A DNA stretch of 33,361 nt from Octopus bimaculoides (taxonomy: Eukaryota). Made by a program: the position numbers and the translations under genes. The notes beneath the pieces were generated by a model. The model saw only the letters and a program-made list of their open reading frames with translations, was not told the origin of the DNA and did not search any database. Location of the stretch: NCBI RefSeq assembly GCF_001194135.2, contig NC_068992.1:25761309-25794669 (forward strand). Direction: 5' to 3'. Below, piece after piece: positions 11,809 through 24,940 of this stretch (its first letter is position 1; every line of letters begins with the position of its first letter).

Positions 11809-12412
11809 NNNNNNNNNNNNNNNNNNNNNNNNNNNNNNNNNNNNNNNNNNNNNNNNNNNNNNNNNNNNNNNNNNNNNNNNNNNNNNNNNNNNNNNNNNNN
11901 NNNNNNNNNNNNNNNNNNNNNNNNNNNNNNNNNNNNNNNNNNNNNNNNNNNNNNNNNNNNNNNNNNNNNNNNNNNNNNNNNNNNNNNNNNNNNNNNNNNN
12001 NNNNNNNNNNNNNNNNNNNNNNNNNNNNNNNNNNNNNNNNNNNNNNNNNNNNNNNNNNNNNNNNNNNNNNNNNNNNNNNNNNNNNNNNNNNNNNNNNNNN
12101 NNNNNNNNNNNNNNNNNNNNNNNNNNNNNNNNNNNNNNNNNNNNNNNNNNNNNNNNNNNNNNNNNNNNNNNNNNNNNNNNNNNNNNNNNNNNNNNNNNNN
12201 NNNNNNNNNNNNNNNNNNNNNNNNNNNNNNNNNNNNNNNNNNNNNNNNNNNNNNNNNNNNNNNNNNNNNNNNNNNNNNNNNNNNNNNNNNNNNNNNNNNN
12301 NNNNNNNNNNNNNNNNNNNNNNNNNNNNNNNNNNNNNNNNNNNNNNNNNNNNNNNNNATATATATATATATATATATATACATACATATACATACATATA
12401 TAATTATGTATG

Positions 12413-12625
12413 TTTGTGTGTCTTTTTGCCCCCACGACCACCGCTTAACAACCGATGTTAGTGTATTTACATGACCGTAACTTAACGGTTCGGTAAAGAC
12501 GCCGATAGAATAAGTAACCGGCTTACAAAGAATAAATCTTGATGTCTATTTGTTCGACTAAAAGCGGTGCTCCAGCATGACCGCAGTCAAATGATTGAAA
12601 CAAGTAAGAGAATAAAAGGATAAAA
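12413..12625 (+). mobile_element. SINE type B, 3' half; the 5' half probably lies in the preceding N gap
   Basis: Colinear with about 7285-7482. Confidence 0.85.
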
Positions 12626-13750
12626 AATGAAAGGATATATGTATACACACACACACATCCACATAGGAACGCGCGCATACATAGATACACACTTATATCA
12701 CTACGCACAAACATTATATGTGTGTAACATATATGTATATACATATNNNNNNNNNNNNNNNNNNNNNNNNNNNNNNNNNNNNNNNNNNNNNNNNNNNNNN
12801 NNNNNNNNNNNNNNNNNNNNNNNNNNNNNNNNNNNNNNNNNNNNNNNNNNNNNNNNNNNNNNNNNNNNNNNNNNNNNNNNNNNNNNNNNNNNNNNNNNNN
12901 NNNNNNNNNNNNNNNNNNNNNNNNNNNNNNNNNNNNNNNNNNNNNNNNNNNNNNNNNNNNNNNNNNNNNNNNNNNNNNNNNNNNNNNNNNNNNNNNNNNN
13001 NNNNNNNNNNNNNNNNNNNNNNNNNNNNNNNNNNNNNNNNNNNNNNNNNNNNNNNNNNNNNNNNNNNNNNNNNNNNNNNNNNNNNNNNNNNNNNNNNNNN
13101 NNNNNNNNNNNNNNNNNNNNNNNNNNNNNNNNNNNNNNNNNNNNNNNNNNNNNNNNNNNNNNNNNNNNNNNNNNNNNNNNNNNNNNNNNNNNNNNNNNNN
13201 NNNNNNNNNNNNNNNNNNNNNNNNNNNNNNNNNNNNNNNNNNNNNNNNNNNNNNNNNNNNNNNNNNNNNNNNNNNNNNNNNNNNNNNNNNNNNNNNNNNN
13301 NNNNNNNNNNNNNNNNNNNNNNNNNNNNNNNNNNNNNNNNNNNNNNNNNNNNNNNNNNNNNNNNNNNNNNNNNNNNNNNNNNNNNNNNNNNNNNNNNNNN
13401 NNTATGTATCTATACATATATATATAGCTTTTAACTTTTAAAGTTTCATTCGGAAATTGGCTTTCGTGAGAGGCTTTCCAGTGTTCACTCTATTTTCACA
13501 AAACTATATCAGCAATACTCCTGTTTTTGTATTTAATATGCTGCCTTAGTTCAGTGCAAACAGAATATATTATATTTGTACACATGAATATTTGTACAAA
13601 TACATATGTGTGTTTTTGTTTGTGTATGGGCATTGTTATGTAGATGTGTTCGTATATATAATTGAGCTCCATTTGAATTAGGTACTTAAGTTGAAGCAGC
13701 AAGTCAGTCCTGTGTTATCCGCACAGCTCAAAGTAAGGTGAATAAAATTT

Positions 13751-14131
13751 AAATAAGCAACAGGATATCAAGTAGAGATGCAGTACGACCTGTTCAAGCG
13801 GATGCATTTAATTGAACAATGTAGTCATTACATCAGTTTAAATATAGTGACATCTTCAGCTGCACAAATAAATAAATAGAATTTTAATCAGTCGGGCGGA
13901 TTTAGATGATTTTTTCTGAAATACTTTGACAGAGCAAGAAGATAGAAGGAATTCATGTTGTCGCTATTGTTATTAAGAATAAACTGTTCTTAGCTACACA
14001 ATTATATTAACGTGTCCGACTGGTGAAAAGTATTTTTACTTATGTGTGCAGCTGAAAAATGACACTGCATTTGAGTTGTGCCACTTGAAACGGTCGTAGT
14101 GAATCACTGCTTGTTATCCTGTTGCTTATTT
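13751..14131. repeat. Imperfect inverted-repeat element with a degenerate hammerhead motif in each arm
   Basis: Arm 13751-13866 matches the reverse complement of 14045-14131 (AAATAAGCAACAGGATA.CAAG.AG.GAT.CA.TACGACC..TTCAAG ... CAGCTGCACA). An inner match, 13887-13897 vs 14014-14024, keeps the same register. Confidence 0.8.
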
Positions 14132-14214
14132 TAGTATTTTCTTCAGATCGACAAGCCCCTCCCGCTGAAAAGGTCCCAAAGAAATCCTCTCAACATATGG
14201 CTATGATTTTCTCC

Positions 14215-15400
14215 TTCTAATTCTGCTCGTGATCAGAGATGCACATATCGTCAACCACCAAGGGATATGCTCAACTGGTTATGGTCAAACAACTGACATG
14301 CAAATCAGTGTTCGGATCCTGGGCTCTTCTAATTTAGCAATTTTCTTAACTGCTTTTTTATCATTTTTCAAGTTATCTTTATATCTTTTTGGATTTCTAT
14401 ATTTCTTAACCTGTCGTGGATTTCATGCAGCCACTCCGCTTCATTATTATTCTCTACAGGTTGGTCCCAGATCCCTCTGCAGAATGTCTTGCTTTCCTTT
14501 GCAACTGGTATCGTTGTTACGTGTATTTGTCCATCTAGTTCCTGAAACAGTTTCTTCTGATTTCTTTCAAACAATCTGTTTTGCCTGAACTGTCTTTTTC
14601 CATTGTCATATCTTTCCAGTTTTGCTTTGATTGCTACAACTCTTTGTTTCAATTCTTCCAATATCACATCATAACCTTTAACTCATATTCTTTTTGTTCT
14701 TTCCAGCATTATTCTTATGCTTTCCTTCTGCAATTCCCTTCTTCTCAATCTATCAACTTGTCCTAAATGTCTTTTTAACTTTGCTTCTCAAAACTTCGTC
14801 TACGCCAGTATGGTTCTTTACGTTTTGTTTGTTCTTTTCTTTTGTATCCAACTCTAACTATTCTTTATATGTTTTTCAAAGCCCTTGGAAACTGCTCCTA
14901 ATACTCCAGTTAGCATTGGTATCACCTTTACTCGCCTCATGCCCCATAACTTTTCTATCTCGTCCCGTAGTGGCGGATATTTCTCAATCGTTTCTGTTTC
15001 CTTACATTTCAGCCTCCAATCGCCTGGTATCCCATATATTATCTTTACTTCTTGTTCATCTTTATGGATGAGCACGCCTCTATTATTTCGTCGCACGTCA
15101 TGTTAAAATCACAGAGTATGTTGTAATATTCGTTTTCTATTACTCCCTTTGGCTTGTGTTCATACCATTGTCCGGCTCTCACAAGATTTGCTTTACCGTT
15201 CAACGGCCAATGGACATATCTAGACACATTGTCGTCGTGTCTCCTTTTGTATTCACGTTGTGCGAGCTTAGAGCATTCACTTACAACACGGCTTATACTT
15301 TCTTCCGTCTCAGAGCACATCCTACGTTGTGGCGTCAGTGCTTTTATCAATGTGATATTTGGAGTAGTTTGTTCTGAGAGCTTGTTATTGAGTGCTGCAC
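14215..15400 (-). mobile_element. R4/Dong-like non-LTR retrotransposon remnant (CCHC + restriction-like endonuclease, and pre-RT region), segments in permuted order
   Basis: RMCSETEESISRVVSECSKLAQREYKRRHDDNVSRYVHW (about 15330-15210); PGDWRLKCKETETIEKYPPLRDEIEKLWGMRRVKVIP..GVLGAV (about 15030-14885); KEPYWRRR, ILEELKQR..RQNRLFERNQKKLF, KSPG and PWWLT (about 14825-14215). Confidence 0.85.
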
Positions 15401-15419
15401 ATCTATGCACACGTATTGT

Positions 15420-15645
<226 letters not shown>

Positions 15646-15860
15646 AAGGCGGTGAGTTGGCAGAATCGCTAACGTTCCGAGCGAAATGTTTAACGATATT
15701 TCACGCGTCGCTTAGTTCTCAGTTCAAATTTCGCCGAGGTCAACGTTGCCTTTCGCCCTTTCTGGGTCAATAAAGTAAGTACCAGTTGAATACTGCAGTC
15801 GACATATTCGACTCTTCCCCCAACCCCGAAACTGCTGCCCTTGTGCCTAAATTTGAAATC
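15646..15860 (+). mobile_element. SINE type A, tail variant 2, followed by an (ATT)n tail
   Basis: Type A head and core; tail CCTTGTGCCTAAATTTGAAATC. Confidence 0.85.
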
Positions 15861-15870
15861 ATTATCAATA

Positions 15871-15916
<46 letters not shown>

Positions 15917-15979
15917 GATTATTATTATTATTATTATCATTATAGTTATCATTATCGTTATCATTATCATTATTATTAC

Positions 15980-16049
<70 letters not shown>
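15861..16049. repeat. (ATT)n microsatellite, expanded SINE tail
   Basis: Direct reading. Confidence 0.95.
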
Positions 16050-16051
<2 letters not shown>

Positions 16052-16264
16052 GGGAGCGAGCTGGCAGAAACGTTATCACGCCTGGAGAAATGTTTAGCGA
16101 TATTTCGTTCATCGATAGTTTCTGAGTCCAAATTTTGCTGGGGTCGACTTTGCCTTTCCTCCTTTCGGGCTCGATAAATTAAGTACCAGCTACGCACTGG
16201 GTTTTGATGTAATCGACTAGTCCCCTTCTCCAAAATTTCAGGCCTTGTACCTTTAGTAGAAAAG
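16050..16264 (+). mobile_element. SINE type A, tail variant 2
   Basis: GAGCTGGCAGAAACGTTA..., core CTTTGCCTTTCCTCCTTTCGGGCTCGATAAATTAAGTACCAG, tail GGCCTTGTACCT plus (ATT)n. Confidence 0.85.
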
Positions 16265-16279
16265 ATTATTATTATTGTT

Positions 16280-16500
16280 AAGGTGATGAGCTGACAGGAT
16301 CGCTAGCATGTCACGCAAAATTCGTAGCGGTAATTTTCTCTGGTTCATTATATTCTGAGATAAATTCCCGTCGAAGTCAACTTTACTTTTCATTTCTCTT
16401 GAGGCGATAAAATAAAGTACTAGTCAAGTACTGAAGATAATGGAATCAACTTAATACTTTCTCTCTAAAAGATCTGGCCTTGTACCTAAATCTAGATTTA
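16280..16500 (+). mobile_element. SINE type A, tail variant 2, older and more diverged copy
   Basis: Degenerate head and core; tail GGCCTTGTACCTAAAT. Confidence 0.7.
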
Positions 16501-16859
16501 ATCGTTATTAATCATTTTATTGGTTGTTGTGTAACTGTGATGGAAAATCGTAGTTATTAGGAAGAATGGTTTTGAACAAAACAAACACAAAGGCTTCTTG
16601 TCGCAGTCCTGTTCAATACATATGTACATTGCCACACGCCCATATTTACAGAGATACATACTTTTATGCTAATATCTTATGACTCCAGTTTTTACGTGGA
16701 ATACGCAATCGAAGACAATATACGGTTTGTGTACATCTAACATAACAAGGATTTAGTTTCAGAATTTTCGCAGAATACAAATGGCTATGGAAGATGCAAC
16801 TCTTTGCAAGTGTATGAACCAACATATGTTCCAAAACTCGTTTAATGAAACAAAAGTAT

Positions 16860-16899
16860 ACGCACACGAATACGCACGCGCACGCGCACGCACACACAT

Positions 16900-16932
<33 letters not shown>

Positions 16933-16994
16933 TACAAGTATATGCAGAGTTACACATATATACATACGTAAATTTTATGCACACACACACACAC

Positions 16995-17057
<63 letters not shown>
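16860..17057. repeat. (CA)n/(TA)n microsatellite tract
   Basis: Direct reading. Confidence 0.9.
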
Positions 17058-17061
<4 letters not shown>

Positions 17062-17910
17062 GTCATTTCATAAGTAATGCGGTTATTTCAATTGCATGAA
17101 CTAAAAGACGAAGGGGGACGGGATAACTACTTGCATCAAATTGCTAAAAAAGCAGATACTAATTTTACCTTGTCCTTATTCTTAGTGCTAGTTTTAAAGA
17201 GTGCAGTTCGATTTTGAGTTATTTTTTCAAAGCTATAAACGGAGGTGACAAAGGAGCATATTCGGCATATTTTGCTTTTTGTGGTCAATAAAAAGCAACA
17301 ACACAACGGAGAAGAGCGTGGGATATTAATGCAATATATAGGAACCGGACAGGGAGCGTAAGCCAGTATCAACAGTCATTCCAGAAATTCCGAGCCGGAT
17401 ACTACAGACTAGATGAGTCTCGGCCTGGAAGATCTGTAGAGTTCGACGTCCTGTAAACCCTAGTAGAACAAAATTTCATTGTAACTGTTGAGGAAATAGC
17501 AGTGAAGCTTGGATTTGATCATTCAACCATTCATCGACAACTGCATGCCATCGGAAAAGTCACCAAATTGGGTCAATGGATTTCTCACAAACTTCCCGAG
17601 TCTAATCTCCCGCACAGAATGAATGTGTGTTTTTCTTTGCTGTTATGTCTCACCAATGAACCTGTTTTGGACCGAATAGTGTCTGGTGACGAGAAACGTG
17701 TTTTCTATAAAAATGTCAAGCGCCGATGACAGTGGGTAGGGAAAGGAGAAACACCGGCAACTCAGGCTAAAGAAGGTCTTCATCCACGTAAGGTGTTGTT
17801 ATCTCTTTGGTGGGATATGAAAGGTTTAGTCCACTTTGAACTCTTAAACCCAAACCAAACGATAACAAATAAGATCTCATGCGAGCAGCTTGAGCGGCTT
17901 AAGTGAGCGC
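17058..17910 (+). mobile_element. Mariner element, left TIR plus about two thirds of a defective transposase, cut by a SINE
   Basis: TA then TIR-like TTGGGTCATTTCATAAGTAATGCGG; EVTKEHIRHILL (start codon mutated to ACG at 17239), GFDHSTIHRQLHAIGKVTKLGQWISHKL, FLDRIVTGDEKW-like VLDRIVSGDEKRVFY, and LHPRKVLLSLWWD. Confidence 0.9.
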
Positions 17911-17914
17911 TAGG

Positions 17915-18050
17915 GTTAGCAGGCCGGGTGAAATGCTTAGCGGTATTTCGTCTGTCTTTACGTTCTAAGTTCAAATTTCGCCGAGGCCGACATTGCCTTT
18001 CATCCTTTAAGGGTCGATAAATTAAGTACCAGTTGCGTCCTGGTGTCGAT
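17915..18050 (+). mobile_element. SINE type A, lacking the first bases of the head and running into an N gap
   Basis: GTTAGCAGGCCGGGTGAAATGCTTAGCGGTATTTCG...CCTTTCATCCTTTAAGGGTCGATAAATTAAGTACCAG. Confidence 0.85.
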
Positions 18051-18815
18051 NNNNNNNNNNNNNNNNNNNNNNNNNNNNNNNNNNNNNNNNNNNNNNNNNN
18101 NNNNNNNNNNNNNNNNNNNNNNNNNNNNNNNNNNNNNNNNNNNNNNNNNNNNNNNNNNNNNNNNNNNNNNNNNNNNNNNNNNNNNNNNNNNNNNNNNNNN
18201 NNNNNNNNNNNNNNNNNNNNNNNNNNNNNNNNNNNNNNNNNNNNNNNNNNNNNNNNNNNNNNNNNNNNNNNNNNNNNNNNNNNNNNNNNNNNNNNNNNNN
18301 NNNNNNNNNNNNNNNNNNNNNNNNNNNNNNNNNNNNNNNNNNNNNNNNNNNNNNNNNNNNNNNNNNNNNNNNNNNNNNNNNNNNNNNNNNNNNNNNNNNN
18401 NNNNNNNNNNNNNNNNNNNNNNNNNNNNNNNNNNNNNNNNNNNNNNNNNNNNNNNNNNNNNNNNNNNNNNNNNNNNNNNNNNNNNNNNNNNNNNNNNNNN
18501 NNNNNNNNNNNNNNNNNNNNNNNNNNNNNNNNNNNNNNNNNNNNNNNNNNNNNNNNNNNNNNNNNNNNNNNNNNNNNNNNNNNNNNNNNNNNNNNNNNNN
18601 NNNNNNNNNNNNNNNNNNNNNNNNNNNNNNNNNNNNNNNNNNNNNNNNNNNNNNNNNNNNNNNNNNNNNNNNNNNNNNNNNNNNNNNNNNNNNNNNNNNN
18701 NNNNNNNNNNNNNNNNNNNNNNNNNNNNNNNNNNNNNNNNNNNNNNNNNNNNNNNNNNNNNNNNNNNNNNNNNNNNNNNNNNNNNNNNNNNNNNNNNNNN
18801 NNNNNNNNNNNNNNN

Positions 18816-18867
<52 letters not shown>

Positions 18868-18969
18868 AACACACAGAAACACACGTATATGTGTGTATGT
18901 TTTTGTGTGTACATTTATATACTTACATACATATATTTGTACAAACACACACATATATGTCTGTCTGTC

Positions 18970-19012
<43 letters not shown>

Positions 19013-19227
19013 CTATCTGCATGTTTGTGTGGGGTCTATAAGTCTCACACGCAAGCAATACACAAATATACGTACATAAATATGTGTGCATGTGTATGCT
19101 TTATAGCCGGTTATTTATGTTGTGTTGAAATCGTATTAATTACACTGCAGCTGTATTTACTGTCAATGATTAATGATGTGGCATATATTTGATTACGAAT
19201 AACAAGACTCTACAACTTCACCAAGTA

Positions 19228-20443
19228 CGAGGGTGGACTGAAAAGTTTATAAGCTGAATAGAAAGTAGTGATACTAAAGTTGTGAAAACGTCCATTGATT
19301 AATTTCATTTTTTTCTTATTAATAGCAGCATTGTTTTCTTGCTGGTAAACCGTCATCTGGATATTGAAAGAAAATTTCAAATGTAAATTTTAGCGGTTTC
19401 TCTTGAAAATGGACTGAATTTGGCTTCGTGATGTTGTCAAGTACCTGAACCCAAATGATCTTCATGCTCGCATGTTTGATACATTAGGGAATTCCGCTCT
19501 ACTTCTATCAACAGTGCAAAAGTGGGCAGCTGAGTTTAGAAGGAGGACGGTGAGTCTTGAAGATACCACAAGGTCTGAACGTCCTGAAACGGCCACGACA
19601 GTAGAAAATCGTTGATCGTGTTCATCACATGGTGATGGATGACATGCGATCAACTATAAATCAAATGTCCAATGCCATTAGAATATCCCATCAGAAAATT
19701 GAGAACATCCTATGCAATGAAACCGGTATGACGACGGTTTCTGCTCGGTTTTCTGACATCCGGCTGATCATATTCCGGGAAGATCTGACATTGTTTGAGG
19801 CAGGTTGCGATGGTTTACATGAATGTTTCCTAACTCAGGATGAGTATTGGGCTCATAACAACGAACCAGAGACCAAAAGACCGTCCATGCAGCGGAAATA
19901 CCCCTCCTCACCTGCTCCAACGTAGGACAAGGCTGTTTCATCTACAAGGATGTTGATGGCTTCATTCTTTTTTTAGAAGCAAATCGCATTGTGCTTCTTG
20001 ACTATCTTCAGAAGGGTCATCTCAGAAATGGAGAGTACAATGACAACTTGCGGAGAGCAGTTACGAAACGCTAACTAGACCAAACGTCCATGAAAACTGC
20101 CGAAAGTGGCCTTGTTTCATCAGGACAATGCACCAGCATACAAGTGTTTGGTTTCAATGGCTCCCTATTCTCCCGATTTGGCTCCAAAATAATATCTATT
20201 TCCCAACGTGAAAAACGACTTGGCTGGGAAAAGGTTTCGCGGTGATGATGATGTTATTTCTGGTGTCGATACCTTTTTAGAATCACCAGGAAGAAAGCTT
20301 CTTCACCAATGGGCTCCAGGGACTGCAGTACCGCTGAAAGAAGTATGTGAAGTGCGAGTAGGACTATTTTGCATAGTATATCTCATTGGGTCACATTCCA
20401 CTGGAAAATGTGGTCAGCCTGTGGATATTTCAAGTGTTCCTCG
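19228..20443 (+). mobile_element. Near full-length defective mariner (irritans/Himar1-like), about 1.2 kb
   Basis: TA+CGAGGGTGGACTGAAAAGTT at the left end and degenerate inverted copy TCAGCCTGTGGATATTTCAAGTGTTCCTCG at the right end. Transposase motifs: STVQKWAAEFRR, RSERPETATT, QDEYWAHNNEPETK, FHQDNAPAY, PYSPDLAP, YLFPNVKNDLAGKRF. Confidence 0.9.
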
Positions 20444-21159
20444 TGTATGTACACTATATGCTGACCACCAACACCTCTTATGTCCATCTCTTTTGTTCCT
20501 GCCTTTAGGCCTTCACTTCATACACGCCAGCTCAATGTGATTCCTTCTTAGTAGAAAGACACCTGTTGTTATTTCTTGTTGTTTGTATTCGTAATTTTTC
20601 TCCATTTTATATTTTATGCTTGTTATATTTTTGTCTTTGCTGCTGTACATATTCGCTGGCTTTCTTACAAAGGGGTCTAATGGTCTTTTTTTTTCTTTTT
20701 TCTTTTTTTTTTTTTTTTTGGTGGGGGCAACTAGACCGAATCATCTCAAGTGTAACTGCCCGAAATGGTCGTGACTTCTTTTTTTGCCTGTCTTTCTAAC
20801 TGCTGTTTCTCTTGTCCGCCTTTGCATCGTCTGTCTGTCCGAATATTTTAATGTCCTCTGTTGCGTTTTTGTTTTATTTACGTATATATATATATGTATA
20901 TATATGTGTGTGTGTGTGTGTGTGTNNNNNNNNNNNNNNNNNNNNNNNNNNNNNNNNNNNNNNNNNNNNNNNNNNNNNNNNNNNNNNNNNNNNNNNNNNN
21001 NNNNNNNNNNNNNNNNNNNNNNNNNNNNNNNNNNNNNNNNNNNNNNNNNNNNNNNNNNNNNNNNNNNNNNNNNNNNNNNNNNNNNNNNNNNNNNNNNNNN
21101 NNNNNNNNNNNNNNNNNNNNNNNNNNNNNATATATATGTATGTATGTATATATGTATGT

Positions 21160-21240
<81 letters not shown>

Positions 21241-21390
21241 TGTGTGTATGTATATCATGCACACTAACCGTGACTTTATTTCAGTCTCGTATAGCCCTTA
21301 CAAAATTTATAATATATAGATGAGGGACAGATATTCTACGTATAGACTACATTTCATAGTAGGAATTTAAAATTGAGCAGGTAGAGAAAA

Positions 21391-21678
21391 AAATGTAAGA
21401 ACATGCGAGTTAGGCAAATCGATATACAAAAATATTAAATACATTTGATAGAAAGAATGTTCATACGTTTACATATATAAAAGTTTGACTTATTGAGAAC
21501 AGAAACGATATCAGGAATTGAAGGTGTTGAACAAAGCCCTTATTCAACCCCTGCAATTCCTGATATTATTTGTTTTCATTGTAAGTCGTATCTCTTTATA
21601 CTTAATATGTCCATTTTTTTCAAATGTATCTCGTATTCTTGGTATAGTGAGTTGTCTAAATTGCTTGTCCTTACATTT
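21391..21678. repeat. Imperfect foldback palindrome of about 290 bp (MITE-like)
   Basis: Arms 21391-21531 and 21543-21678 with an 11-nt loop. The central 29 bp pair at 25/29, and blocks such as ATACATTTGA and AAATGTAAG.ACA.GC match further out. Confidence 0.8.
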
Positions 21679-21735
21679 ACTCCTATATACATATACTGTG
21701 TTTGTGTTCATTTATGTATATATATATATATATGA

Positions 21736-21796
<61 letters not shown>

Positions 21797-21845
21797 ATAT
21801 GGTATTTAATACATTATATATATATATATATATATATATATAGGA

Positions 21846-22166
21846 GCACTCCGTCGATTACGAAGGCGAGGGTCCCAGTTGATCCGATCAACGGAACGGC
21901 TTGCTCGTGATATTAACGTGCACGTGGCTGAGCACTCCACAGACAGGTGTACTCCTCTAACGTAGTTCTCAGGGACATTCAGAGTGACACAGAGTGGGAC
22001 AAGGCTGGCTCTTTGAAATAGAGGTACAACTCATTTTTGCCAGCTGAGTGGACTGGAGCAACGTGAAATAAAGTGTCTTGCTCAAGGACACAACCCGTCG
22101 CCAGAAATTGAACTCACGACCTTACCATCGTGAGTCGAATGCCCTGATCACTAAGTCACTCGCCTT
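21846..22166 (-). mobile_element. tRNA-derived SINE type C1 (CORE-like body)
   Basis: The minus strand reads GGCGAGTGACTTAGTGATC (A box), GAGTTCAATTTC (B box), TGTGTCCTTGAGCAAGACACTTTA..CCACTCAGCTGGCAAAAATGAG, then a tail shared with 29754-30138. Confidence 0.85.
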
Positions 22167-22182
22167 CACACACACACACACT

Positions 22183-22239
<57 letters not shown>

Positions 22240-22611
22240 ATGTGTATGTGTGTGTGTGTGTATGTATGCATGTATATAAGCATGTACATATATGTATGTA
22301 TGTATGTATGTAATTTATCCCCAGCGAAATTACTATACTCAGCACTGCAACTGACGATGCTGTATAGAATAGTTCTTTCTAAAACGTCAGCTGGCAAGAA
22401 ACCACTTCCATAGAGTAGCGGCTCTTAGAGACGCCCGTTTGTTCCTCATAATAAATTCTAAGTTAAAAGCACATTGAAATATTTACGGGAATCAGTTATA
22501 ACATTTATTTCATATATTTACTTTTTTTTGTAATTTATTTCATTTTTTTTATTTTATTGTTGGTAGTGACACTAGTGGTAAAGGTGTTGCTGCTGGGGGT
22601 GGGGAACAGTA

Positions 22612-22695
<84 letters not shown>
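22612..22695. repeat. (CAG)n(TAG)n microsatellite
   Basis: Direct reading. Confidence 0.95.
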
Positions 22696-23408
22696 CTGTG
22701 GTGTTGGTGTGTGTGGTGAATGTGTCTACTAACCATACTGATTTTATTCCTTGGTATTCCTTTCTCATGAATCGACTGCCTCTTTCTTTTCTGTTTCCTT
22801 TTCTTTTTTTATTTTCTGGTTTCCTTTTTTTTCTTCTTTTTTTCGTTTAGTCCTGTTTAGCAAAATGCAATGGAACCTAAATCAATAACGTACATAGAAA
22901 GACATAAATGGGCGGAACAAAATGTTATAGCGTACACAACACAGAAGAATTGAATGCGTACAGAGGGAAAAAAACAAAAAAAAAAAGAAGAATAGAACAA
23001 ATTCTTTATCACAGTTAGTTTTGACTTGTGTTATTATTCCGTTTATTACAGCACACGCAAAACTATAAACGTAATAAAAGTTAGTAAAAACACACACATA
23101 CGAATACGAACAAGAACACGAACACAAGCTAGGCTATATATATTTTGTCTCAGGATTTGCTTTCATATAGGAATTTATATGGCTATGATAGTTGTGTGAA
23201 TTTCCATGTTTGCTTCTGTGTTTGTGAGAAGTCCGAAATGGTCTTGCAGCTGTGATGTATAATCCTTCATGTGCATTTAGCCACATGGACCTATAAATAA
23301 ATATTTATTTCTACGTATTTATGAACATGTCTTTCTGCATGCGTATATATATATATATATATATATGTATAAATATATATATATATCCCTCCCTCTTTCT
23401 ATCTCTCT

Positions 23409-23450
<42 letters not shown>

Positions 23451-23453
23451 GTG

Positions 23454-23488
<35 letters not shown>

Positions 23489-24003
23489 CTGTGTGTGTGT
23501 ATGTATGTGTATATTTATATATAAACAATTTATATGTACATACGTGTGTTTCTATATCCATGCAAATACTGTCTCTATATACATATATGAGTGTGTGTGT
23601 CTGTGTATATACACGTACATAATAAACATGAATACATCTACATGTATGTGAATAATTTTGTCTGAGGGTGTATACATATTCATATGCAAATACCCCCGTG
23701 TATGTATCTCTATACACAGATATACACATGCGTTTATGGTTCTATGTATTTATACACGTATAGATTCAGTGAAAAAAATCGCTTTTGCCATATAAGAAGG
23801 TGTAGCTTTATATAAATACTGTTATGCTGAACATGCATTCATTAATTATATTACAAAATTGCATAATCCAGACAGAATCTCATTTAAAATTTTTTCTTCC
23901 ATTTTTTTACTTGAATTTTTTATAATCTCCTCCTTGCCTTCTTTATTCCGTTTCAGATTCATTCCCCCACTATTTTCCATTATTATTTAACATTTCTCTC
24001 TTA

Positions 24004-24006
24004 TTC

Positions 24007-24068
<62 letters not shown>

Positions 24069-24070
24069 TA
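24004..24070. repeat. (TTA)n microsatellite
   Basis: Direct reading. Confidence 0.95.
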
Positions 24071-24341
24071 TTTATTTGTTCATTTATTTTTGTCTTGTTT
24101 GTTTTTTTGTTTTTTTCATATTTTATTCATCGAGCACAATTTCTAAAATGGTAACGTTAGTAAATTTCTATGCATGCTCCTTTTGAATATATCTTGGACA
24201 ATGCAATGGAAAATGGTGCAAACCGTACGTCTCTCTATGGTGCAGCTTATTCATTAGCATGACGTCAGAATATAAACTAGGCGCGCGCGCACGCTCTCAC
24301 ACATATGCATAGTATGTATTATTACTTTAAAAATCGTACAC

Positions 24342-24381
<40 letters not shown>

Positions 24382-24713
24382 NNNNNNNNNNNNNNNNNNN
24401 NNNNNNNNNNNNNNNNNNNNNNNNNNNNNNNNNNNNNNNNNNNNNNNNNNNNNNNNNNNNNNNNNNNNNNNNNNNNNNNNTATATATATATATATATGTA
24501 TATATATGTGTGTGTGTGTGTGCATGTATGAGTGTATATCTATATTTATATATATACATATATATATATGTGTGTATGTATATATATCTTCATATATATG
24601 TATACATGTGTGTATATCTATATATATATACATACGTATATCTATGCATATTTATATATGTTTATAGACATATTAATATATATATACATATATATTAATA
24701 TATATATATACTC

Positions 24714-24756
<43 letters not shown>

Positions 24757-24940
24757 TGCATGCATATATGCATATACACCAACAAACTAGAAATCACGGG
24801 AGTTGTATATATTTTTGTAGCTTCTTGGTACCCGTTGGATTACGCCCGTTTCGCAGTTCCAGTGTATAACAAATTATTTTACATGCGTGCACTATTATGC
24901 ATGCTCTATAATTACAAGCATTTGTGTAACGATTACGTTC

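Noticed and set aside
24120-24235. Possible micro-exons, and AATGCAATGGAA shared with about 22864
   Set aside because: Splice signals are weak and a single 12-mer match in AT-rich DNA is not enough support.
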